This document shows, in pieces, positions 22,225 to 33,877 of a stretch of 39,585 nucleotides of DNA. This DNA comes from Halocafeteria seosinensis (Eukaryota), in NCBI GenBank assembly GCA_001687465.1, contig LVLI01000221.1:1-39585 (forward strand), written 5' to 3'. Each line of letters opens with the position of its first letter. Position 1 is the stretch's first letter. A program made the position numbers and the translations under genes. The notes under the pieces are model-generated. The model did no database searches, had not been told where the DNA came from, and saw nothing but the letters and a program-made list of their open reading frames with translations.

Positions 22225-25200
22225 ATGGTGGTCTCTTGGGTACAGGTCCTCGGACCTGGTTCGGCAGAAGCTCCTCCGGCATTGCTCATTGGCATGGAAC
22301 AACACAGGTACGTGTAGACATGCATGGTGTGTGTGTATCTGAACACTTCTTCACGGAGGACTCTGGTGGACAGACTCCTCATTAATTGTCCCGAGGGACT
22401 TCAGCGCATGGCCATGGAGCACCAGTCCAAGTTATCTAGAGTCTCACATGTCCTCTTTACTAACACCTGCTATGAGAGTCTGGGGGGATTACCGGGAGCA
22501 TTACTGACCTTGGCGGATGTGGGGGTCCAACACATGAGACTTCATGGTCCAGCAGGACTTGCTAAATTCATGACGTCGGCATCCTCGTTTATCTACCGCG
22601 ATAATTTCAAATTGAGTATAGCAGAACAGTACATTCACATGGCACAGTTCTCGATCAATTTGAGTGGATCTGCGAATGCCGCCCCGGCGCTACTGGACAC
22701 AGCCAAAGCGACTAAAAAGAAGAAAACAACCGGAGGAGATGACACCAGCATGGAAATTACTGTTACTTCATTTTGTGTTAGCAGCGAAGAGGATGCTCAT
22801 ACTAGATTAGGTGCTGAGGACGCTGAAACTACTGAGGATGCTGTGGCGCACCCTTTGAATGGCCTACATGTTGAAACCTCCGCTTTCACAGATCCGATGC
22901 ATCCCAAATTCACTTCCGAGAAAACCAAAGAGGAATCAATGAATGTCATTTTGCCTCGATCAACTACGCAAAAAACAGGCACTGTATTTGCAGCAGTGTC
23001 TTACTTGCTAGAATTTCCCGGCCAGCGGGGTAAGTTCTTCCCTGAGCGTGCTAGGCAGCTAGGTGTAAAGCCAGGTCCTTCGTTTGGCCAACTTACAAAA
23101 GGCATTCCGGTAACGGTCCAAGACATGGAGGGGTCAGAACGAACGGTATACCCTGAGCAATGCAAAGATGCTGATCTTCCTCCACGAAGTGTTTTGGTGC
23201 TGTGCTGTCCTACTCTGGCACATTTCCGCCATTTGACATCTTCGGAAGCCTTTAACGCTTCTCTTCACCAACTAACCAAGGATGAAGAAAGCCAAAGCTC
23301 TCAGGGCATGCATTATCATATACCTGCTGTCTTCCATTTTACTCCGCATGAAGTCATATCGACGAGTGAGTATCAAGAATGGATAGGCCGCCTGTTCGCT
23401 CCATCGACTGCCCACGTGGTCATGAACAAAGAATGTTCGGGGACACTTCCGATATACAGGGGTGCAACTTTGCAGCAAATTAGCCTCAATTTTATCAACC
23501 CGAAAGTTTTCCCGCTTCCGTTTCCGTTGAGAAAAGACAACGTCAACATGACCCGGGTAGAAGAACTGATCCAACAAAAACGAGCGGAGAAGAGTTCTGC
23601 GTCGAATGATCGGAAGCGTTTAGCAAGCGGATCCAATGAAGGGCAAATAAAACCGAGGAAAAGCTCCCGCACAAGCGCATCAAGTGGGTCCATTAGCGTT
23701 GAGAAGCAGGAGAACGCCCTCTTTGACATGACGATGCTCCAGGATACATGCTACTGTGTCAATGATGTCACAGGCAGCCCAGGAAACGCGGCAAATATGC
23801 TGATCGGGAACTCTCCTCTGCTGAAGCTACAGATAACTCCAAAGAAATCCGAAGGTTTCGACTTCACTAATGTATGGGAAAATAGTCGGATGAAGTGTGA
23901 AACGGAGAACTTTTTGGCTGATATTCTTTCGAAAGAAAAAATGGCATCACTCACCCCTATACTTCTGAAATTAAGAAAGGCAGATAATCGAGAGAACAAC
24001 CCGGCGTCTACTGTGAGTTCCAAGAGCCTTGGTTCGGCTTTAGCATCTGTGGGGCTAACCAGTGAATCTTCTGGAGTTTCGAACACCGCATCAGCGTGCT
24101 CTGCTGAGGCAGCGTCTACCGTGCCGGAATTTCCACCCACCCTCTCTTTGAGTGAACGTAGGTAAAACTCCACTCCCGTTATCTTAACTCTCTGATACTG
24201 CACTACTCATTCTTATCCCCTTACAGAAGCTGCATTGGAACCTCTAAAATTAAACCGCAATGGACACTTGAGGGCAAGAGCAGACAGTGGTACCGATGCA
24301 CTTCCCCCAGCAAGCCGCGTCGTTTTTTTGGGGACGGGGTCAGCCATGCCAAGTAAATACAGAAACGTCAGCTCTATATATTTTGAGGTGGACGGTCGGC
24401 GTGCCGTGCTGATGGATGCTGGAGAAAACACCTACGGTCAGATGTATCGACGTTTCGGTACAAAGTACGTGCTGCTTGACGAGCTGATGATTACCGTAAA
24501 TTTAGATTATTCTCCCGATGCAGGAAGACCTCGCTTGAACTTGCCAATGGCTTAACTGTAGAGCTAACGAAATTGGATACTGTTTTGCTTTCGATACGCC
24601 TTGTTTGGATCTCTCACATGCATGCTGATCATCATTTGGGATTACCTCGAGTGTTGGTTGAACGAGAACAGGTTGTTAACACTGTTCGGATGCTGGACCC
24701 CTCGTTTGAGTCCCCTCTTTCGGTTGTTGGACCTCCCCAGCTCGGATTTTGGCTAACGAATATCAAAACGGTTGTTCCAGGTGTAGGACAGCATTGGGGA
24801 TTCATCTCATGCACGCAAATCATGGAGCAGTGTAGTCGAGAGGGGAAAATGTCCGCTTGGCTGACTACGGATAACCCACCGGCAGAGCTGAAGCCGCTTT
24901 GTCGAGTATTGACTGATCTGGAAATGAGCCAGCTTGCTATTTGCCCAGTGGTGCATTGTCCGCAGGCGTATGGACTCCGGTTGGGGTATTGCTCCAAACA
25001 AAGGAGATGGTCCATTGTGTACAGTGGTGACTGCTCCCCTTGTGAATCCCTCGTGGAGCTCGGAAAGGATTGTTCATTGTTGATACATGAAGCTACCTTC
25101 GAAGACGGAATGGAGGAGGAGGCTGTGGCACGAGCCCATAGCACCGTTACCCAGGCATGCGAACAAGGGGACAAGATGAAAGCTAAAGCTATCCTTCTTA

Positions 25201-25391
25201 CTCATTTTTCGGCACGCTACCCGAAGGTTCCAGTTATCAAATCCGACGCCAAAGTGTGCGTAGCCTACGATCTTATGACTGTCCGTCCTGATCAACTGTC
25301 AAATCTTCATCGACTGCTTCCATTGCTTCACGCCTTATATGAAGAAGAGGAAGAGTCGGTAGATGAGAACCCAGAGGGTTATGCGAGGTAG
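22225..25391 (+). CDS. ELAC2: Ribonuclease Z, long form (tRNase ZL), about 990 aa; exons 22225-22307, 22374-24157, 24227-24464, 24524-25391
   Basis: LLINCPEGLQR pseudo-motif I, GGLPG, flexible arm GKF..ARQLGVKPGPSFGQL, FLGTGSAMPSKYRN, LMDAGE, SHMHADHHLG, VVHC, YSGD, HEAT, HST and LTHFSARYPK. Introns 22308-22373, 24158-24226 and 24465-24523 preserve the frame. Confidence 0.97.
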
Positions 25392-25431
25392 TGAATACTC
25401 GCTATCAGTCTAATGTGGTATTTGATCATGC

Positions 25432-28400
25432 CTAGGCGCGTTTATCCTTCTTCAGCAAAACTGCTCGGAGATACGCTTGGTATCTATTTAGCGGTGTCTC
25501 GAACACCTCCTGAGCTCCAACTTTCGTCAATAGATGTCGGAGCATTTTAAAAATCCGATTGGCAGAGGAGAGTTTGCATTCAGGATGCGGAGTACCTTGC
25601 CGCATGTCATTAATAATTGCGAAGAGAAGTTTCAGAGCAGAACCCCAGCGCCCCTTCCGAAGAAGATATTCTAAATATATTACACGATTCTCCTTTCCAT
25701 CCATTTTGACAAACTCTTCCAAGAGGTCGAAATAATAGAAGAAACGATCATGTTCACTAGCGTCAGCCTCGGCCTTTAAAACGGATTCCGTTTCAAAGCA
25801 ACAGCATAAACAACACTTCCGCAAACATTGTACTATAGCATTCTTAATAGAAGACAGCTCCTCGTACGTAAGTCCTGAGGGATTTCGATCTGCTCTATCT
25901 CTGCGCTCACCCTCAGGCAGCTTTTGCGTAAGAGTGAAATACTTCAGCGTGTCCTGAACCGGGAGATTCTCGAGTATTTGGTCTGCTAACTCCCACATCT
26001 TTTGCAGGTTAGAAGCATCCTTGCTGATGGACTTCTCCAGATACTCGAGACGAACTTTTAGCAAAGGCAGCTGACGCTTCAGGAATTGTTTCACAGCGGC
26101 GGTGCGGTCTTCCGAAGTGGAACCCTCCTCTGGTTCTAGAGCGCTTGATATGATCTCATACAAGGATTCGAACGCGGTTTCATTGTTTGCCGAAAGCAGC
26201 TTTCGAAGGCTTTCGATCCCCGCCTCCCGAAGTTGTTCCCTGGCCTCTTCCTTCGGATTCTTGGACTTGCCTGCTTCGACGCCTGATCCCGCGGCCTCGC
26301 CTCCAGACTGAACAGAGGGCTCTGAAGGAAGGTATTTCGGTAGAGACGAGTACTCCAAAGGAGGAGTCTTAGACATTACCCCAATGGGGAGTACGATAGG
26401 GTATCCTGTGGGATGACAGCCTTTACCGCTTCCGCTGGAGTCTGAATTCTCATAGCGGCAAAATTTAACGTTGCCTAAAAGTGTATCCCCTGTATTCACT
26501 CCTGCTGGGAGCGCCGAAGGGCTAGGAACACCCAGCATTACCACAAGACAAGAGTGTCTCTGCAGTTTCCGTGCACTCCATGAACCGTTTGAGCCACATT
26601 TTGCGATACAGGAAGCATTGGCGGTCACCTTATTGGATGCTGCTGCAAGAGCAGCACTATCTTTCGACGAATACGCGGATATCTTGATGGGAGAAGACAG
26701 CTTTCTCGTAACAGTGAGAGGGGCGTTCGTGAAATGCTTCAGCAACGCCGAGGAAGGATGAGATAGCCGTACATCGAATCGATACTTCCTTCCGGGATAC
26801 AGCTTAATTCCTTCCATAAAGACATCAGCGGTGCCCACTGGCTCACCAACACCCCCTATCAGTACGAAATCCTCAAGCTCTGTGGAATCCCGTGGAAACG
26901 ACTGCTGCCGATTCGTGATATCGTGCACGGTAACCAAGGAGGTATCTAACATGTTATCATACAAGAGATCGAATCCATGAATCCTGTGGATACCAGCCTT
27001 AACCTCGATTGGGGAGCCATTGGGTTTCCCCGGGACCTCATATTCGTACGACAGGCATAATTCCTGGGGACATATCCACCGTTCTCTTCCCTGCCTCCCG
27101 TTGCGCAATCGGTCAAGCGGAGATGTGGAGAATGATTTGGGACAGATCGACGTTTGGCAATGAGTCAATTCACCGGCAGGGTCTATAGTGACGCGGTGAA
27201 GCTTTGACTTCAGGCATACCCGGCATGGCATCCCAGAAGAATCCAGGTAAATGGGCGAATTCAATGCGGTACAAGCTGCTTTCTCGGAGTCCAGCAATTG
27301 GGAGTTGGAAGTCCCTCCCTCGACACGAACGCCACGGAACACAACTCTAGCGTTCACGTGAGAGGTGCCAAAAGAGGACCAAAACTGACCAATGGTAATT
27401 TCCAATGTCTTACCCTCAATTATCGGTACGCGGGTGACCTGCTTTTCTCCCTTTCTCATTAGTCTGAATTCCCGAGTGGCGTTGTGCTTGCTAGACTGAT
27501 TGTGTACCGTCTGACGCAAGTGGGAAATAATTACGCTGGGACTGCTATCCGCGTGACTAGAATTCGTAGAGTCCACTGGATGGCCACCATCGTGAAGAGC
27601 GGAAGCATCCGGTTGTTGCCTATTGGTGAACCTCCCAGAACATCTCCCGAATTCATTGGTTTCTGGATCCGACATGGAGGCATTATTTAGGCTCCAGTCA
27701 GAAGGATCAAACAACCGCTCTACCACTAGTTCTGCCCAAGTGGCGCCTTCAGGGCATTCTATGAACGACCGCGAGACCTCTCCCGGACTGAATTCGTAAG
27801 GGCTTCCACCATTGCATCGGTAGTTCACTTCACCATCAATGTCCTCAAGCAAACGCGCAGAGACAGGCTTCACGATAGTGATTGGTATGGAAAACACCTG
27901 GCCCCGTCCGTCCACAGTATCAAGTTCGCCTTGGACACTGGATTCCGATTTGCAGTAGTACGCACGAATTTCAGCGTAGTGAGCTTTTCCTTCTTCCAAT
28001 TCACAAGCATTTATCCTGAATTTAAACGAACGTCCGTCACTCGACAGAACCAGGTGGTCTGGACAAGTGACCCAAGGGGCAGTGGTTTCGAGGCGTAAGT
28101 GCTTCATAAAATTCACTTTAAATTGATTTAGAGAAGACCGTTCTTCGATCTTTCCGTCATTGGTATTGTACTGATCATGCCAGGAAACCCTCACGACAGC
28201 TGTAACATCCCTATTACTAGAGGACTGCCACGGCTCCCTCCAATATACACCTCTATCATCGGAGCTCCCGTCACCACCGCCTTGATAGGGGACACGAGCA
28301 TCAAGAATAGGCTCCGAAAAAGCAATTCCGTGAGGTCCCCCAAGAGCCAAAGGATCGTCGAAATCGTAACCAACGTCAACGGTGTTGGCTCGGATGCCAA

Positions 28401-30621
28401 AAGCGTCTATTTTTCCTACGTCCTCTTGTAGCGCAGTAAAATTTGCTTCTAATTGGGCCCACGCTCCGGAAACATTGATCATACCAGCACCAGTTGTCCA
28501 GTCATCACCGGCAGGAAGGGAGCCAGCCGAGTTCACCAAAGCACGCCGGATCAACGGAGTGGTGGCTGGAAGCTGTTCCTGGATAGCCCCACTAACAAGA
28601 AGCGCTACGCACCCTGCCGCATTGGGACTACTCATACTAGTGCCTGCAGCAATAAAGAAGATACAGTAACGTTCAATCCGAAGCATCTGTACAGCAACCC
28701 GGCTTACCATTCATTAGCTGGACCCGCTTTAGAGTCCACCGAGGGACACAAGTGATTGCTCCTCCTGGAGCAGCAATCGTAACACCGCCGTAACCATCGA
28801 TGCAAGGACCCCGAGAAGACCACCCAAAGGGCATAGCAACTAATTTCATACCCGTTTGAGGATCAAATACGGTTTCCTCAGAGACTCTGTCATTTAAGGA
28901 TTCAACATCTGTCGCTTTTCCTTCGTCCTCAGCAGAATCGTCATCTTCTAAAGCGTGGTGACCAAGCTGGTTAGCATGTTTTTCAGCATTGACAGAGTAC
29001 GCAGCATGCATCATCGACGGTGTTATAATCGCAGCGACGGAGATAAGATCATCTGAGGTTCCCGCGGGTGCACCAACAGTTGTAAGTGCCGGTCCATCAT
29101 TACCCGCCGAGCTGACAAAAATTACACCATACTTTCTTAGTGCATGTTGAAGCTCTTCAATAAACCGTCCAGAATTAGGGACAGAGGCAGGTTCACCAAA
29201 ACTGAGATTGGCTACCTGACACTTGTGGTCAACAATTGCCTGAACAGCTCGCAGCAAAGCGCCACCCGTTTCCAGTGAGTCTAGTCGAGCATCCCCAATT
29301 TTTAGGGACACGATTTGAGCTCCCGGTGCCACACCATTTAGTGACGGCTGCTGCGGCCAGTGTCCTCCAATGATGCCCGCTACATGAGTACCGTGGGCTC
29401 CACAATCGGTTACAATGCTTAAAGTGCGCCCTTCGTCGTAAAAATGCACGCCATAATTGACCTGGGAATAAGAATCCATCGTTCTCCAATCTTGGGATAC
29501 TTCAAATGACGGCATCGGGGAGATTTCCCGAAAATCTCCGGTTTCGGAAGTGTCAATTCCAGCTACTAACTGATTCCCATCGTGCCAGACGATGCAGTCG
29601 AACATTGGTTCATTGTATTCAATTTTATTGTTGAGCTGCATCACACACTCAATTTCTTGCTCAAGCTCCTCTTTCGAACTTAAAGCAGAGGCTTCAGTAT
29701 CGGAAAGCTTGCTCTTGTCTTTCGCGGCTGCAATCGTAGGACACTCCTCGTGGATGGAACGAATTTGTCTGCAGTGTCTAACCAGTGCATCACAAACCAG
29801 CTTAAGATATGCTTTCGGCCAATGAAACTTACTCTTCGAGGTCTTCAACAACTCCTGTGACAGAGGAGTCGTGCGATTTCTTTTGTTCTTTCTCCAATCG
29901 CTTTTTCACAGGGGTAGGAAGTATGGCATTTCGCGCTTTAGCTCCAACGCGCCACTCCCCCGAGGGATTCACCCACCTTTCATTTAGCTTAAGCCATCGT
30001 CCCGTAACTCCTGGGAGAGTCTTCACCGTCGTCTGGCGCCCCGATTCTTCTACCGACAAGGTCTTTATGTCTTTTTCCGTATATTTTCTGGACATGTCAA
30101 CATCTCCGTCCCCGGTGCAGTCCACAATATCGACGACTTTCCGAAGTCCTTCCGAGGTGGTTTGCAGACCTGACGCACCGGGATCTGAAAGGGATTAACA
30201 CAAGACAAAGAAGGGTATTTGGTGCAGCAGCGGGACCAGGCTAGGTGCAAAGCTGGAAAGAAGATGGTCGACTCACCTACACCCGTATCCAGAACCGCAA
30301 CTGTAACTCCCCGTCCGTCATAGGTGGGATGCTGCTGGAGAAACTCAGACGCCTGCAACCAGTGTTTGATAAAGTGTCCATGTGACCATCTTGAACTCGA
30401 TAAAACACATGCGCATTTCGCAGTTCCTTGACGTACACACTATGTACGATGGAGCAAGGAAGTTGAGCAAGATACCGTTCCCCTCGGGATGCCTGACATA
30501 CCTTAGTTTCCTGCCGTGGGAGCAATCCATGCGCTGGAAACGCCGGCATAGATTGAGGTCTATCTCGCGAAGTTCGCCCTGTGGAGCCTTGTAGTCCCGA
30601 AGGTGGACTTTGATGAGCCAT
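25432..30621 (-). CDS. TPP2: Tripeptidyl peptidase II (subtilase S8), about 1606 aa; exons 30621-30502, 30352-30277, 30184-29833, 29768-28708, 28643-25432 (start may be 30657)
   Basis: FP.HGLLPRQET, YDGRGVTVAVLDTGVDPGA (Asp), HGTHVAGI (His), KIGDARL, SAGNDGP, WSSRGP and LMNGTSMSSPNAAG (Ser). Four GT-AG introns preserve the frame. Confidence 0.97.
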
Positions 30622-30997
30622 ATTCACGCCAAGGTCCCGCTGCCGTACTTGTGACATTTTCTGTTCGTTTTGGTGATCAACAAGCGAAAAACCAGACCAA
30701 AACCAACAGACAACTCTCAGAAGTCTGTCTTGCTCAGTAAATTGCAATCTAAACACACATATACCCTTTATATGCATCAAGATACGGCCCCCGTCCGCGT
30801 TGGATTCCTCCGGCCCGGGCGGAGGGCCGGGCCCGGACGAGTTATAGTGGGTCGACAAAAGACTCAGGGAACTCCATCTGGGGAATGGCGCAGGGAGCAG
30901 GGAGCATGAGGGTCATGGCGTCCATGGCTGTTCCCTCTTCACTACTAGGTTTACTACATGCATGGATTTGTAGCGTTATCGAGGGCATTCGAACCAG

Positions 30998-31062
30998 GTA
31001 AGTCATACGTTTCCATGATATGTTTAATGGCCATGTGTTTCATTCGTTGAAACTGTCTGCAG
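30998..31062 (+). other. Probable 5'-UTR intron of QCR8
   Basis: CAG|GTAAGT ... CTGCAG, 65 nt, ending 17 nt before the ATG. Upstream ATGs do not give an in-frame extension. Confidence 0.65.
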
Positions 31063-31079
31063 GCGCATAAATCGACACA

Positions 31080-31352
31080 ATGGCGAAGGGCAAGGAGTTG
31101 GCCAAGAGCGCTCATCCCCATATTAAGAAGTTATGGTCGGGTTATACATTCCAGAAAGGTGTCATAGAGCAGCAGCTATCCCCGTTTGAACTAAACGTTG
31201 CCGGTGGATTGTTCAAGAACGCGTTTGAGAAGGCGAAATTTAAAGTACAAGATAATATATGGCTCGTGGGACCCCCTTTGTTGATATGGGCGGGCTCCAT
31301 TGCTTATGTTAAGAAGCTAAGAGAAGACTACCTCTTCGAACACAGGCACTAG
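31080..31352 (+). CDS. QCR8: Cytochrome b-c1 complex subunit 8 (UQCRQ/QCR8), 90 aa
   Basis: QKGVIEQQLSPFE matches the QKG...LSPFE family motif, followed by a single TM helix (IWLVGPPLLIWAGSIAYV). Confidence 0.88.
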   Translation: MAKGKELAKSAHPHIKKLWSGYTFQKGVIEQQLSPFELNVAGGLFKNAFEKAKFKVQDNIWLVGPPLLIWAGSIAYVKKLREDYLFEHRH

Positions 31353-31800
31353 AGGTGCGTGTTTATGCATTTCAAACGCGAAGAGCGAGAGAATGGGTGC
31401 ACTTAGAGGAATGCATCCAGAGGATGACGTGGTGGAGACAGGAATGGTTAGTTCATTCTGCCACGAGAATCAAGGATAGTTGGTTGAATAGTTGACATCT
31501 GGCAGTATATTTACGAATTACCAGAAAGTGCGTATTCCTCATCCGAGTGACCACTTCGCTACTTCCACCACATACTTGCTAGCTCATACGGAACCGAAAC
31601 TGGCCTGCATTGCATACACTTCACACGTCTACTGATAACCCTAAAAATCTACAATCTGCAATAAAAAAGTTGTTTCACTAATTGTTCGCGCCCAGATAAA
31701 GATTCTACAGCGCAAGCCAACTCGATTATTGTTCGCGAAAACTTCCGGCCCGTTGACGCTCCAGCAAAACAAGGAAGCAGCAAAAGAGTATAACGAAGGG

Positions 31801-31817
31801 GGTGTTTAAAAAACACC
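31801..31817 (-). promoter_or_regulatory. Histone mRNA 3' stem-loop-like element, H2A copy 1
   Basis: Minus strand AAAAAC-GGTGTT-TTTTA-AACACC-CCC, 38 nt after the stop codon; the 17-mer is identical in copy 2. Confidence 0.75.
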
Positions 31818-31855
31818 GTTTTTGACTCGAAATGCAGAGCATTTGCAAAGGCAAT

Positions 31856-32269
31856 TTAGTAGGTTTGGCTGGAGCTCTTGGCTTGCTTCTTCTGCTTCGA
31901 TTTAGGAAGCAAAACAGCGTGGATGTTCGGGAGAACACCACCACTGGCAATTGTTACTCCACTCAACAACTTGTTAAGTTCCTCATCATTTCGGACAGCC
32001 AATTGGATGTGCCGAGGAATGATTCGAGTTTTCTTGTTGTCCCGAGCAGCATTTCCAGCCAATTCCAGGATTTCAGCAGCCAAGTATTCCAGCACGGCTG
32101 CCATGTAGACCGGAGCACCAGCACCAACACGAGATGCAATGCGCATCTTACGAATGTAGCGGGCTACACGACCAACAGGGAACTGAAGACCGGCTTTGGC
32201 ACTTCGGGTGGTTCCGCTGCCTTTGGAAGTCTTGCCTTTGCCTCGGCCACCTTTGCCCTTACCAGACAT
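31856..32269 (-). CDS. H2A: Histone H2A (H2A.X-like C-terminal SQTY), copy 1, 137 aa, intronless
   Basis: [70 protein letters not shown]. Confidence 0.99.
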   Translation of the reverse strand: MSGKGKGGRGKGKTSKGSGTTRSAKAGLQFPVGRVARYIRKMRIASRVGAGAPVYMAAVLEYLAAEILELAGNAARDNKKTRIIPRHIQLAVRNDEELNKLLSGVTIASGGVLPNIHAVLLPKSKQKKQAKSSSQTY

Positions 32270-32917
32270 TTTACGCTAAAAAGGATTTCTTTAAAAGTAG
32301 AAGAATCAGAAAGGAAGGAACCTTTAGTTGTTCTCAACACGGCCTAGCTGTATGTAGTCAACTCCAACAAATTCGTCAATCTAATGTAGTGATTCATTGA
32401 AATGCTTGCGACGCTCAAAGAGTTGCCACTGACATGCTTCATTTGATACAGCCGAACCGACCCCCAGCAACGTGTTCCGTCAACTTCTTGACCGAATCCA
32501 CCGATTGTCGTGCATTATAGCATTATGCGTACTGCACAATCGGCATGTCGAATGCCACTGTCTGCGGGACAACCTGTGGGTCTGATGTAGTGGCTTAAAC
32601 CTCTGTGGTGATGAGTGTAGCAATTTGCTGCCAGCAAAGAGTGTTTGCCATTAAGTTGGCTCCACACAAAACGTATGGGTCGGATTCAGAGTCTGAATTT
32701 CAGACTAATTGCCAGAAGAGTGGAAACCAAACAATGAAACTTTACCATCAATATACGCACGGATTAATTAGTTTATCTATTTTACTGCCCTGCAGTACCA
32801 TAGGCTCCCAAAATACATCGCTGCGTTCTCCCGCATTTCAAATTCAAACGAAGCTGGGCGGCAGACATCACGACGCCCTACATGGAAAGTACATTGAATT
32901 TATCGTAGAGAGTTGGG

Positions 32918-32934
32918 GGTGTTTAAAAAACACC
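32918..32934 (-). promoter_or_regulatory. Histone mRNA 3' stem-loop-like element, H2A copy 2
   Basis: Minus strand CAAAC-GGTGTT-TTTTA-AACACC-CCCAA, 39 nt after the stop codon. Confidence 0.75.
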
Positions 32935-32973
32935 GTTTGATGACTCGAAATGCAGAGCATTTTCAAAGACAAT

Positions 32974-33387
32974 TTAGTAGGTTTGGCTGGAGCTCTTGGC
33001 TTGCTTCTTCTGCTTCGATTTAGGAAGCAAAACAGCGTGGATGTTCGGGAGAACACCACCACTGGCAATTGTTACGCCACTCAACAACTTGTTAAGTTCC
33101 TCATCATTTCGGACAGCCAATTGGATGTGCCGAGGAATGATTCGAGTTTTCTTGTTGTCCCGAGCAGCATTTCCAGCCAATTCCAGGATTTCAGCAGCCA
33201 AGTATTCTAGCACGGCTGCCATGTAGACCGGAGCACCAGCACCAACACGAGATGCAATGCGCATCTTACGAATGTAGCGGGCTACACGACCAACAGGGAA
33301 CTGAAGACCGGCTTTGGCACTTCGGGTAGTTCCGCTGCCTTTGGAAGTCTTGCCTTTGCCTCGGCCACCTTTACCTTTACCAGACAT
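32974..33387 (-). CDS. H2A: Histone H2A (H2A.X-like C-terminal SQTY), copy 2, protein identical to copy 1
   Basis: Identical translation; only synonymous differences seen versus copy 1. Confidence 0.99.
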   Translation of the reverse strand: MSGKGKGGRGKGKTSKGSGTTRSAKAGLQFPVGRVARYIRKMRIASRVGAGAPVYMAAVLEYLAAEILELAGNAARDNKKTRIIPRHIQLAVRNDEELNKLLSGVTIASGGVLPNIHAVLLPKSKQKKQAKSSSQTY

Positions 33388-33877
33388 TTTGGTTTTGGAT
33401 TTCTTTGCGAAAATAATGAATATAAAATCAACGGATTGTTGGAGCTTCGTTCTCTCACAATGCTAACATGTTAAACTGACTGAATGCTTGTTAGGGGACA
33501 TAACGGTGGCGGACAGAGGTGGTGTCTGTTTCGGATGCATCAGCTGGTACCCTCCTCCAGCGCGCTCCACTTGAGGCATCGAGTATGGTAGCAATGTCGT
33601 AGCATGCTGCCCTGTTTGAACAGGACTTGCCAACAGTGGCCCAACACGCATTGAATCACCGAATTTTGAGTTTGGGTCATGCATGCCCAAAGGCTGCGGT
33701 GTGTACAGTAACTTCGAGGGCCCTTGGTTTGTGAAAATGACTAGGTGCTCTGTGTGACGAGATGTGCGGAAGTGCGCAACTAGGTACCTTAAACCATGAA
33801 AGAATATAAACTACAGTGCCGTTTTATTTTATTGCTCAAAGCTCTGAGTCAAAGGTAGACCATTGAGAGTAGCGACA

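Noticed and set aside
30790..30840. GC-rich inverted repeats between TPP2 and QCR8 as a possible ncRNA
   Set aside because: Short, imperfect and located in a divergent promoter, so GC-box-like sequence explains it.
31832..33226. Repeated + strand ORFs (31832-32347, 31878-32108, 32950-33210, 32996-33226)
   Set aside because: Antisense shadows of H2A. A synonymous H2A change creates a stop in one copy, so they are not conserved.
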